Origin: an uncultured Faecalibacterium sp.
Lineage (GTDB): Bacteria > Bacillota > Clostridia > Oscillospirales > Ruminococcaceae
Length of the DNA stretch: 64,000 nucleotides
Assembly: GCA_900551435.1 (NCBI GenBank)
Contig: URVW01000003.1
Location: 664-64,663 of the forward strand
Reading direction: 5' to 3'
The stretch's first letter is position 1, and each line of letters starts with the position of its first letter. The translations under genes and the position numbers were made by a program. The notes beneath the pieces were generated by a model. That model worked only from the letters and a program-made list of their open reading frames with translations, was not told the DNA's origin and ran no database searches. This document shows, piece by piece, positions 1 through 8,222 of this stretch.

Positions 1-197
1 CTCGTTATTTGCGATATACCCTCTACAACGCAACCAAGTACGTCTGCCACTGGAATCCCGTCTTTGCTGAATATCTTGCCAAGAAACGTGCTGAAGGAAA
101 GCACTACAATGTTGCCTTATCCCATGCCACGAAGAAACTTGTGCGGCTAATCTATGCCTTGCAGAAATCTGGCAAAGCATATCTTGTAGCTGCCTGA
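1..197 (+). CDS. IS110-family transposase/recombinase, C-terminal end (partial)
   Basis: RYLRYTLYNA...FAEYLAKKRAEGKHYNVALSHATKKLVRLIYAL matches the IS110 C-terminus; the frame is open to the window edge. Confidence 0.85.
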   Translation, partial: RYLRYTLYNATKYVCHWNPVFAEYLAKKRAEGKHYNVALSHATKKLVRLIYALQKSGKAYLVAA

Positions 198-249
198 TTC
201 TCTCCAGAGCCTGAGCCAAATCCAAGAACAACTTAGCTGGCGTAGCGAA

Positions 250-374
250 CCCTTGACAAACCGAAGCATTCAAATGCTATTCTGTTTCTGCGAGGGTTGG
301 CCGGGCTTGCTTTGCTATTCTCTCCGTCGCCCTCGCTGCATGGATTATGGCATTTGAATGCTGTTTGTCAGGGG
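250..374 (+). ncRNA. Candidate IS110 bridge/seek-type RNA
   Basis: 250-280 pairs with 347-374, and inner GCGAGGG (290-296) pairs with CCCTCGC (330-336), leaving internal loops. Confidence 0.5.
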
Positions 375-446
375 CAGCGGTCGGCAGACGGATTTTTTCA
401 TTTTGGGGCTTGACTTTTAATAGTTAGTCTCCAAATTCTTGCAAAC

Positions 447-468
447 AAAAAAGGCCCTATCGGGTCTT
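447..468 (-). terminator. Rho-independent terminator after parB
   Basis: AAGACCC-GATA-GGGCCTTTTTT on the minus strand. Confidence 0.6.
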
Positions 469-478
469 GCGTTACGGG

Positions 479-1408
479 TCAGCGTTCGTTGTGGCGCTGC
501 TGCTTTTTCTGCCACGCATCCAAAAGCTGAATAATTTTTTCTTCCATTTGCCGAGGCGTATAGCTGCGTGGAAAGTATTTTCGCAGGATGTCGTTTTTGA
601 TAGTTACGGTGTCCTGCTCACTCTTCTTTTCCTGCCCCAAAATATCAAACGCCTTTTCATAGGTGAACTCACCGCATTGCGCCATCTTCTTTAGTTGCTG
701 AGCCTGCGATACAGATGGGGCATTTTGGGTACCATCCATGGCTTCTAAAAAATCCCGCTGTTGGCTTTCGTCCAGATAGGACAGCTCCACAGCGGGATTG
801 AAGGAAATCTTCTTTTGATCTACGAGGTCGAGCATTTCCGGGATGAGGTTGGTCAGGCGGATATAACGTCGAACTGTATCACCGCTTATGCCTTGGTCTT
901 TGGCAACTGCATCATCGCTGCGGAACTTCGCCGCAACTTGCGGCGAAGTTAAATCCGACCTAGCACCTTGATTTTTTAGAGCTTCCAGCTTCATTTTGTA
1001 GGCAAAAGCCCGTTCACTGGGCAGGATGTTCTCACGTTGGAGATTGCTGTCCACCATGAGCAAAACTGCGGCATTATCGTCCATATTGCGGACGATGACT
1101 GGCAACGTTTCCAGCCCGGCAAGTTTAGCCGCATACTGTCGGCGGTGCCCGGAGATGATCTCGTAGCCGTCACCGTCTGGGCGAGGGCGGGCAATCAGCG
1201 GAGCCAGCACACCGTACTGTGCAATGCTTTCTACCGTCCGGGTCATGGCTTCATCGTCCAGCACCTTGAAGGGGTGGTTTGTGAAGGGGTGCAGCGCATC
1301 AATGGGAATCTGTTGTACCTGCTCCCGCTGTTCCTCCTGTCTGTTTTCCTCGGTGGAAAACAGATCATCTAGCCCTTTCAGAGCTAAGTTTCCGCTGTCG
1401 ATCGGCAT
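479..1408 (-). CDS. parB: ParB/RepB/Spo0J partition protein
   Basis: YEIISGHRR CTPase motif and HTH; AGGAGG RBS before ATG 1408. Confidence 0.92.
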   Translation of the reverse strand: MPIDSGNLALKGLDDLFSTEENRQEEQREQVQQIPIDALHPFTNHPFKVLDDEAMTRTVESIAQYGVLAPLIARPRPDGDGYEIISGHRRQYAAKLAGLETLPVIVRNMDDNAAVLLMVDSNLQRENILPSERAFAYKMKLEALKNQGARSDLTSPQVAAKFRSDDAVAKDQGISGDTVRRYIRLTNLIPEMLDLVDQKKISFNPAVELSYLDESQQRDFLEAMDGTQNAPSVSQAQQLKKMAQCGEFTYEKAFDILGQEKKSEQDTVTIKNDILRKYFPRSYTPRQMEEKIIQLLDAWQKKQQRHNER

Positions 1409-2225
1409 CCGCCTGCACCTCCTTTGCAAGAGATTTGTAGGCTTCTGCTACCTTGCCTTTGGGGTCATAGGCAAAGATGCTTTTTCCTGCCGCACTGGTT
1501 TCAGCCGCTCGGACGGAGCGGGGAATAGTCTGCTCAAACACTTTCAGGTGCTTTCCGTATGCCTGCCGAATCAGATTGCTGATCTGCTTTCCGTAGTTGG
1601 TGCGGCTGTCCGTCATGGTCAGCAGGATACCCTCGATTTTCAGTTTCGGGTTGATCTGCCGCCGGACTTTCTGTACCGTCTGCAAAAGCTGTTCCAGACC
1701 TTTTGCGGAAAGATACTGCGCCTGCACGGGAATTAAGGCAGCGTCTGCCGCCGCCAGTGCATTGATGGTGAGCATCCCCAGCGAGGGCATACAGTCCAGC
1801 AGAATAAAATCGTACTCCCGTTTGGCTCTGTCCAGCACCTGTTTCAGCATCTTTTCCCGGTTCATGCTGTTCACAAGGGCAACTTCCAGCCCTGCCAGTT
1901 CGATGTTTGCCGGAATCAGGTCAACGCCCTCTGCATGGTGCAGGATGCCCTCGCCGGGCTGAATGGGCTGGTCATTCATGGCTTTTGCCATCAGGGTGGA
2001 AAGGGTGGTGGGCAGTTCATCGGGCTGTTGCCAGCCCATGCTGATGGTCAGCGACCCCTGCGGGTCGGTATCCACCAACAGGACTTTCTTGCCCTCAGCT
2101 GCAAGGCCAACACCCAGATTTTCACAGGTGGTGCTTTTCCCCACACCGCCTTTTTGATTGGTGACTGCGATAATCGTAGCTTTCTTTGCGATAACATCAC
2201 CCCGCCTTCGGTGAACCGCGCGCAA
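1365..2225 (-). CDS. parA: ParA/Soj ATPase (true start may be ATC at 2192)
   Basis: Deviant Walker A KGGVGKST, DTDPQGSL, DCMPSLG. Confidence 0.93.
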   Translation of the reverse strand: MRAVHRRRGDVIAKKATIIAVTNQKGGVGKSTTCENLGVGLAAEGKKVLLVDTDPQGSLTISMGWQQPDELPTTLSTLMAKAMNDQPIQPGEGILHHAEGVDLIPANIELAGLEVALVNSMNREKMLKQVLDRAKREYDFILLDCMPSLGMLTINALAAADAALIPVQAQYLSAKGLEQLLQTVQKVRRQINPKLKIEGILLTMTDSRTNYGKQISNLIRQAYGKHLKVFEQTIPRSVRAAETSAAGKSIFAYDPKGKVAEAYKSLAKEVQADADRQRKLSSERAR

Positions 2226-3063
2226 AGTCGTGGTTCGTTTTATTCTGATAGTAGAGGTTCATGGTGGTGGGCGCATTGTAGAGCATCGCCAGCAGATACT
2301 GCTTCATGTTCCGCACCGGGGCGGTGTTCTCTGCCAGAGAATCCAGCACAAAACGGATATGGTCGGCGTTCAGCTTTTTCAGCCGGCTTCGTACCACCTC
2401 GGTGGTCTTGTCATCTCCGGCAATACGCAACATCTTGCGTTTGGTGGAACAGGTATCCACAAGCAAGTCTACGATCTGATAGATGGTGTCCTCATCGTCC
2501 GGGCAGAGCCGGAGCAAAAGGTCAACCTCCAATGACTGATAAAAATAATCCTCAATCTGCTCCCGGATGCCCCCGGAATAGATAGGGTCAGGATCGTTCC
2601 ACTCTGTTTTATTCTTATCAGTCTTATTTGCTTGCGGTTTTGGCTGCTCCAGAATTGCGCTATCAGCAGCACCAGAATTGCTGTTTGGGCAATTCTGTAC
2701 TTGCGCTTTTGACAGTCCAGACGAAAAGTCCTTGACGTAGATCAGGCTAGGTCTGCCCAGACCACGGCGTTTGCGCTCGATGAGGTCGATGTCCTCCAGT
2801 TCCCGGAACAGCTTGACCGCCTTGTGTTCGGCGCAGCAGAGAGATTCCTGCACTTCCCGGACGGTGTAAATGATATACACTCGCCCCTGCTCGTCCAGCC
2901 AGCCGTTCTTGACCGACAGGCTCATGCGGTCCAGTAGAATGCCGTACAGTGTCCGGGCATCCGTAGAAAGATGCCGGAAACGGCTGTCCTGAAAGAGTGC
3001 TTTCGGAATACGGAAGTAGGAAAACAATTCGCCTGACTGACCATAGAAGTAGTCGTAGTTCAT
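2197..3063 (-). CDS. RepA_N-family replication initiator with DUF6017-like C-terminus
   Basis: YFRIPKALF...LYGILLDRMSLS..NGWLDEQGRVYIIY; C-terminal YLLAMLYNAP. Confidence 0.88.
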   Translation of the reverse strand: MNYDYFYGQSGELFSYFRIPKALFQDSRFRHLSTDARTLYGILLDRMSLSVKNGWLDEQGRVYIIYTVREVQESLCCAEHKAVKLFRELEDIDLIERKRRGLGRPSLIYVKDFSSGLSKAQVQNCPNSNSGAADSAILEQPKPQANKTDKNKTEWNDPDPIYSGGIREQIEDYFYQSLEVDLLLRLCPDDEDTIYQIVDLLVDTCSTKRKMLRIAGDDKTTEVVRSRLKKLNADHIRFVLDSLAENTAPVRNMKQYLLAMLYNAPTTMNLYYQNKTNHDFARGSPKAG

Positions 3064-3067
3064 GGTA

Positions 3068-3322
3068 TTAACGGATCATCAGCTCACGGTCTGCGGCACC
3101 TTTCATATACATGGCTTCTGCGATGTCATCCATCACCCGGAACAGTGCATCATCCAGTTCAAGATACTTCAGTCCCAGTTTCTCATCCAACAGCCGCCGG
3201 AACTCACGTTCAAGTTTGTCATGTTCGCAAGCTGCTCGCTGATAGCGAGGTGTCTTCATCAGCTCCGTCCATATTGGACGTACCATGTTGTCGTAGTAGG
3301 TCAGCATAAAGTCTTTATCCAT
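3068..3322 (-). CDS. Small helical hypothetical protein (DUF6809-like)
   Basis: 84-aa ORF directly upstream of repA, ending MYMKGAAD. Confidence 0.6.
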   Translation of the reverse strand: MDKDFMLTYYDNMVRPIWTELMKTPRYQRAACEHDKLEREFRRLLDEKLGLKYLELDDALFRVMDDIAEAMYMKGAADRELMIR

Positions 3323-3806
3323 ACCATGCTACTCGTTTAGCACTTGCCATATAACTACATGGCATTCCGGGAACACTAAATCGATTCGCAGATGCCAAGT
3401 GTCTTGAATTGCATGGAATGTGCAGGAATTGAAGTCGGTTATATTTATTATTTCCAGCCATAATCCGATAATATGGAATAGCATCAGCCACATATGCACT
3501 TGCCCGTCCAACTGGAGCAGTCGGCAGATGATTCTTCACACTATCCATAGCCTGATTGAAGATGTTGAAAGCTTCGATGTAGCGGTTATCAACATAAAGC
3601 TCATATGCTTGCATCAGTCTATCAGAAAAAAACTTAATTTGTTCTTTTTCTTCAGAGATCATAAAAGTAGTTGTCATAATGTGCCTATTGTAATCATCCA
3701 TCCACTTCTTCAAGCACTCATAAACTGTTTGGTTGCCTTGGTCTAGCGGGAATCGATATTCTTTTATCCATGAAAGCTCACGGTTCCAATCAAATGCACT
3801 TGGCAT
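3315..3806 (-). pseudogene. RES-domain protein, C-terminally truncated
   Basis: YYRI...HIP...R...NRFSVPGMPCSYMA...AWY motif stops where the conserved Glu is expected; low GC; GGAG RBS. Confidence 0.6.
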
Positions 3807-3853
3807 ACTTAATCTCCTACATTTTTCCACCTATTTATCAATGGGGAGTCTGC

Positions 3854-4042
3854 TTAGCCCTTCTTCACGTACTTTGCACGCAGTTCATTCACGATTTGCT
3901 GATAGCTGGCTTGACCGCTGCCAATGCGGTCAAGGTTGCTGCGCGTGTCCTTGCTGATGGTCATTCCCTCAATGGCAAAGGTGCCGTACACATTGCGGAG
4001 ATTGCTCTTGTGCTGGGCAGGGGTAGTGTACTTGACGCTCAT
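3854..4042 (-). CDS. VbhA-like antitoxin, copy 1 (62 aa)
   Basis: NVYGTFAIEG matches the Fic-inhibitory (S/T)xxxE(G/N) motif; GGAGG RBS. Confidence 0.75.
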   Translation of the reverse strand: MSVKYTTPAQHKSNLRNVYGTFAIEGMTISKDTRSNLDRIGSGQASYQQIVNELRAKYVKKG

Positions 4043-4242
4043 GGTTTGGCCTCCTTTTGGTTCACATGATACTATATAAAGTTTATCGTGTATGTGTACG
4101 CTTGTCAATCTATAACTTGTTGTCAAAGGTAAAAAGCGCATCTTCCATTCATCGAGAGTAGAAGCTGCGCTTTTACGGTACATCGTATTTTATTGTGAAT
4201 CGGGATGCGATACATCTGAACCCCATGTGAGCTACATCTCAA

Positions 4243-4487
4243 GGGCCTGTAGCTCACTTGTCCGCCAACCATATTACGCCCCAAATCGCTTCATCCTGAA
4301 AATCGGCGACTTGGATGCCATACTTGCGGCCCCAAAAGACCGTTTGGCTGGCAAAGCATTTTATATAGACGAATACACGTTGATTTTTCTTTTCTCACAG
4401 TGTACAAGGTGTGCACAAAAGCGAGACTGTTGGGAGAGCGTTCGGTTCGCATCCGAGAGGTCAAGGGTTCGAATCCCTCTAGGTCCA
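4243..4487 (+). tRNA. Interrupted tRNA-Ala(CGC): nt 1-14 at 4243-4256, nt 15-73 at 4429-4487; probable att site
   Basis: Joined halves give a full cloverleaf with G3:U70, anticodon CGC and TTCGAAT T-loop. Confidence 0.8.
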
Positions 4488-4494
4488 TAAAAAA

Positions 4495-4536
4495 CAAAAC
4501 GTCCTGCCGTACCCCGGCAGGGCGTTTTGCTTTTTT
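4495..4536 (+). terminator. Terminator after tRNA fragment 1
   Basis: CAAAACGTCCTGCC/GGCAGGGCGTTTTG plus T-run. Confidence 0.75.
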
Positions 4537-4629
4537 ATGCTGACTCAGAGAGGATTCGAAGAAGGGCGGCCAGCCGCAACTGGCAAGGGTTCCAGCCAGT
4601 AGAGCTGTCTACCGGAGATGCAGTGTGCT

Positions 4630-4803
4630 TTAGCCGCCGTCGTTTTTGGAATTCCGAAAGTTCAGAGCTGCCATCAGGCATCCAAACGCACCCGCCCAAA
4701 GAAGACCGGTATAGAGCCATACTTGGAGAATCGCGAAAATCACCCCTGCGATCAGCAGCAGGACGCCAGCCGTTCACAGCAGATGCACCGATAACTGCTC
4801 CAT
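4630..4803 (-). pseudogene. Small 2-TM membrane protein with in-frame TGA at codon 10
   Basis: MEQLSVHLL*TAGVLLLIAGVIFAILQVWLYTGLLWAGAFGCLMAALNFRNSKNDGG; RBS present. Confidence 0.55.
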
Positions 4804-4804
4804 C

Positions 4805-5068
4805 TTAGGTATCCCTTTCCGTGCGAAGATAGTGCTGCACCCGGTGGACATCCCCGGAACGAACTGCAACGTACCATAAGGATCGAGTCATTGCACAGGA
4901 AGGCATCGGCGTATTCAGCGGCACCGGGAGCAGTGCAGCCCGCACTTTATACGGAATATGGTTTTCCACCATGAAGAAGCGCAACTGCTCCAGCCGCTGG
5001 GTGGAGTACAGAGTTTCAAATTCGACCCATTGCTCTTTTCTCCCAAAAATCAATCTCAAAAAATTCAT
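4805..5068 (-). CDS. Hypothetical protein (87 aa)
   Basis: GAAAGGG RBS and ATG 5068 just downstream of the motif hairpin. Confidence 0.6.
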   Translation of the reverse strand: MNFLRLIFGRKEQWVEFETLYSTQRLEQLRFFMVENHIPYKVRAALLPVPLNTPMPSCAMTRSLWYVAVRSGDVHRVQHYLRTERDT

Positions 5069-5088
5069 AGAAGGCCCTTTCTGGTGCC

Positions 5089-5145
5089 AAAAAGACGCAG
5101 GGCAGCTTGTTTTCACAAGTTCTGCTCTGCGTCTTTGCGTCTGGC
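5089..5145 (-). repeat. KTR-end motif plus hairpin, copy 1
   Basis: GCCAGACGCAAAGACGCAGAGC...GCCCTGCGTCTTTTT. Confidence 0.85.
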
Positions 5146-5147
5146 AC

Positions 5148-5333
5148 TTATGTTGTGATCCTATATTCTTGTTTGTTGCGCAGGCTTTCCGCCAATGTCC
5201 ATCCACCCCTGAGGGAAGCTCCCATAACGTTGCCATATAGATTTCCAAAGATGTTAGAAAAAATAGTTGGGAGAGCAAATAGGATCAGCCATCGAAGCTC
5301 GATCTTATGCTCCAGTTTCATTTGTGTTTCCAC
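5148..5333 (-). pseudogene. MATE transporter N-terminal fragment fused to unrelated sequence
   Basis: LILFALPTIFSNIFGNLY resembles MATE TM1, then ends. Confidence 0.5.
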
Positions 5334-5461
5334 GAGGACTCCTTTTGAAAAAAGATGCAGAGCAATACCCGCTTATAGCAATCCATCAAACATTGCTACT
5401 GCGTTCATACTGCTTCGACTCACGGAGCCGATAACGTACCTCCAAGACGTTCAAACGCATT

Positions 5462-5878
5462 TCAGCCCTTTCTGACCGCAAGGCAGTAATTAACGTGTTC
5501 AAATGCTTTCAAATTGGCTCCGACACTTTCTATGATGCGGGTCTGAATGTTGCAGGGTGCCAGCCAATCATAGATCCGAAAGCCGTGTCTGCTCAGCAGC
5601 TTTTCCAGTTCCGCATACAAAGGGCTTCCATCCGGCGCTTGGATCTCCATGCACATGGAGCCTCTTACGGTTTCAAAATGGACCGCAAGCACTTCGCCCT
5701 CCTGCAGTTCCATCTGGTAGCTGTCTGTTCCAGTCATGCTTTCAACATTCAGGCCGTAAGAATCCGAGCCTGCGGTGCGGCTGTCAACAAGGCTTTTGGT
5801 GCCGCAAGCCATCAGCACCAGCCCGGTTCCCAGAACCATAAGCAGGAGAAGGGAGGCCGTCCTTATTTTCTGTTTCAT
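5462..5878 (-). pseudogene. Chimeric ORF: lipoprotein N-terminus plus SAM-methyltransferase-like C-terminus
   Basis: Lipobox LMAC; tail ELEKLLSRHGFRIY...AFEHVNYCLAVRK resembles LCM-type methyltransferase ends. Confidence 0.5.
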
Positions 5879-5889
5879 TGCAGGGTCTC

Positions 5890-6153
5890 CTATTCTTTAT
5901 GAACACTCAGACCAACCGCCATCCCCACCAGCATTCCAATGGAAAGCCCAACGCAGGTGTAGTCTCCGAACATCACGGAAATCAATAATCCGAAGCACGT
6001 TCCCAAAGACATTCCATCCATTCCGTAGTTCTCGGCAGTTCCATCCTTCGCATTCTTCGTTGACGCAGCGCCCCGAATCACCAGAATCGCTACCAGCAAC
6101 CCCATTGCTACCCACGGCGATGCTGCACGAATAAATTCTCTAACATCGTTCAT
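5890..6153 (-). CDS. Small Gly-rich membrane protein
   Basis: PWVAMGLLVAI...ENYGMDGMSLGTCFG; hydrophobic segments. Confidence 0.7.
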   Translation of the reverse strand: MNDVREFIRAASPWVAMGLLVAILVIRGAASTKNAKDGTAENYGMDGMSLGTCFGLLISVMFGDYTCVGLSIGMLVGMAVGLSVHKE

Positions 6154-6191
6154 TGCAATCAAGCCAATCACTCCCTTCCCATTCTTGCAAC

Positions 6192-6245
6192 AAAAAACGC
6201 AGTACCGTCCAACATTATGGACTGCACTGCGTCTGAGCGTCTGGC
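6192..6245 (-). repeat. KTR-end motif plus hairpin, copy 2
   Basis: GCCAGACGCTCAGACGCAGTGC...GTACTGCGTTTTTT. Confidence 0.85.
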
Positions 6246-6265
6246 GTCTTGATCGATGATAAAAT

Positions 6266-6811
6266 TTATAATTCCAGCCGCATGGAGATCAGTTTTTGAA
6301 ATCCAGCGTTCCGAGAGCGAAAACCTTTGGGGTTTCTGCCATATTCCACAAATCCTGCCGTCTGGTACATGGAAATCGCTCTTGCGTTTTCCGCCACCAC
6401 ATCCAGCTCCAACTGAGCATATCCGGCGGTTCTGGCGCATTGGATACATGCCTCCATCAAGGCTCGCCCAATGCCCAGACCCCAATACTCTTTCAGGATA
6501 CTGATGCCAAATTCGGCACGATGCGCCACCTTATACTGCGCTCCGATCGCATCGATCCCGGCAGTTCCTGCCACTTTATCGTCCACAAAGGCGATCAGCT
6601 CAATTTCATTCGGGCTGGCTGCTTTTTTCTCCAAGTAGCGGCTTTCCTGTTCCGCATCAAAGTGATTTTCATCGGGATAACTCAGCAGATAATCGGTTTC
6701 CGCGTGTGTCATATTAAAGTTTTCAAGCACGGCGCTTCCATCGGATGCCGCACCGTTTCGGATGTGGACTGCCAGTCCTTTTGGGGTTATAAGCGTTTGA
6801 TCGTATTTCAT
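6266..6811 (-). CDS. GNAT N-acetyltransferase
   Basis: YWGLGIGRALM acetyl-CoA motif; NARAISMY...GF. Confidence 0.9.
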   Translation of the reverse strand: MKYDQTLITPKGLAVHIRNGAASDGSAVLENFNMTHAETDYLLSYPDENHFDAEQESRYLEKKAASPNEIELIAFVDDKVAGTAGIDAIGAQYKVAHRAEFGISILKEYWGLGIGRALMEACIQCARTAGYAQLELDVVAENARAISMYQTAGFVEYGRNPKGFRSRNAGFQKLISMRLEL

Positions 6812-6829
6812 TTTTTCCTCCTGAATCCT

Positions 6830-7576
6830 TCAATCCGCTGCGCCTGCTAATTTCAAGAATTTCTTGTCCGACTGGATGCTCTGGGTCACAAATTTCCCAT
6901 CCCGGAACAATGCGTATGTTGTGACAGGCGCAGGCACATTCTGTGCCGTCTCTTTCTCGGTGATGTGGATAGCTTTGAACGGAATCCCGTGTTCCTTTGC
7001 CGCCTCCTGCACCTTTGGCACCCAATAACAGGTGTAGGGGCACTGGTCGGTATAGTAAAGGACAAAGCCGTTTTCCTCCACCTTGGGATGCTTAGCACAG
7101 GCCTTGAATCTTGGCGGCTGGGCATTCTCTGCAAAGGGCAGGTACATGAGGTTGATCCCACAATCGGAGATGTCCGAAACCTTGAAGCCCTTATGGGTTA
7201 AAAACTTGGGGTCAGCGAGAAACTCCCGTTTGCGCCCCTCTGCACACAGGATGCAAACGCCATTTTTGCCCTGCACCTTGGCATCCCGAAGGCATTCTTC
7301 CAGCAGTTCGCTGGAATAGCCGTGACCTTTCAGGGAGCCGGAGACCCACAGACAGTTGATATAAAGCCAGCCTGCCGCATCAATGGGCACCCATGCGTTT
7401 TCTGCCGGGATGTACTCGATAAAGCACTTGCCGCGCTCTGCGCTGCGGTAAAAAACCAGCCCCTCCTCAAAGCGCTGCTTGAGCCATTCCTTCTTGGCAA
7501 GGCTCTGTTGGCCGGACATAGCACAGCAGATGTGTTCCCTGTCGATGTTTTCTTTTGTGATTCGGATATACTCCAT
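6830..7576 (-). CDS. GNAT/YoaP-domain protein
   Basis: EHICCA, KCFIEYIPAENAW, QCPY, AQNVPAPVTTYALF. Confidence 0.88.
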   Translation of the reverse strand: MEYIRITKENIDREHICCAMSGQQSLAKKEWLKQRFEEGLVFYRSAERGKCFIEYIPAENAWVPIDAAGWLYINCLWVSGSLKGHGYSSELLEECLRDAKVQGKNGVCILCAEGRKREFLADPKFLTHKGFKVSDISDCGINLMYLPFAENAQPPRFKACAKHPKVEENGFVLYYTDQCPYTCYWVPKVQEAAKEHGIPFKAIHITEKETAQNVPAPVTTYALFRDGKFVTQSIQSDKKFLKLAGAAD

Positions 7577-7596
7577 CGAAGCATCCTCCTATATCC

Positions 7597-7770
7597 TTAT
7601 GCCTTTTCCGGCACCGTTTCTTCCATTTTTCCGTCTTTGAAGCGGATCACGCAGGTATACCTGCACTTGGGGCAGAACAGCGGAAAATCTTCCAGTACCG
7701 TATGCTCCCGGATCATGGTGCGTGTTTTGCTGCCGCACTTCGGGCAGCGTATCCAATCCGTTTTATCCAT
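7597..7770 (-). CDS. Cys-rich KTR domain protein (lacks the PDAKTQ tail)
   Basis: WIRCPKCGSKTR...FPLFCPKC. Confidence 0.85.
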   Translation of the reverse strand: MDKTDWIRCPKCGSKTRTMIREHTVLEDFPLFCPKCRYTCVIRFKDGKMEETVPEKA

Positions 7771-8212
7771 TGTTCGTACCCTCCTTCTGGATCTCCTCCC
7801 GCTTGCGCTTTCGGATCTGTTCATTCAACGCTGCTGCCATATAAAAGCTCTGTCCGAGGTCGATGAGATGCCACATTACCTTTGCCGCCAGAATAAATGT
7901 GCCGTAAATAAGCCCATCCAGCGTGTTGTACCAAAAACCCCAGTTATGGGCAAGGGGGAGCAGCACCACTTCCAGCAAAATTGCGTGCAGGATGGTGCGG
8001 GCCCACCATGCACGATTGCTCAACTCTTCGCCGGAGGTATAGATAAGAAGGGTCAGCATACTGACCAGCGTCAGCAGGATGCAGCGTCCAAAAAACGTAA
8101 CAACGGGAAGTTCGCTGGTGGGGTTGAACAGCAGACACATGAAAAAGGTGCTGAGCATGATAAGTCCATACACAAAAACAAACCGATGCAGCCAGAATTC
8201 GATCTTTTTCAT
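7763..8212 (-). CDS. DUF3021-like membrane protein (LytTR partner)
   Basis: Four TM segments; directly downstream of the LytTR gene. Confidence 0.7.
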   Translation of the reverse strand: MKKIEFWLHRFVFVYGLIMLSTFFMCLLFNPTSELPVVTFFGRCILLTLVSMLTLLIYTSGEELSNRAWWARTILHAILLEVVLLPLAHNWGFWYNTLDGLIYGTFILAAKVMWHLIDLGQSFYMAAALNEQIRKRKREEIQKEGTNNG

Positions 8213-8222
8213 ACGCTCCTCC

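Larger units (their letters stand above)
1..432 (+). mobile_element. IS110-family element, right part
   Basis: Transposase end followed by ~235 nt of non-coding tail ending near TTGACTTTTAATAGTTAGTCTCC; exact end uncertain. Confidence 0.7.
1..4487. mobile_element. Element A: integrative element (ICE/IME-like), right part, ending in a tRNA-Ala att site
   Basis: repA_N-parA-parB module, vbhA-like gene and tRNA-Ala 3' fragment at the end; integrase presumably left of the window. Confidence 0.7.
3854..4487. repeat. ~634-bp direct repeat, copy 1 (copy 2 at 16878-17511)
   Basis: Landmarks in both copies are offset by exactly 13,024 nt; substitutions only. Confidence 0.95.

Noticed and set aside
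4257..4428. Group I/II intron in the tRNA
   Set aside because: Too short, and I could not find P7 or domain V motifs; kept only as an unexplained insert.
4227..4497. ORFs across the split tRNA (also 17176-17600)
   Set aside because: Translations such as GFEPLTSRMRTERS are tRNA sequence read as codons.
4541..4560. Inverted T-arm-like sequence (TTCGAATCCTCTCTGAGTCA on minus)
   Set aside because: Only a short partial match; no cloverleaf can be built.
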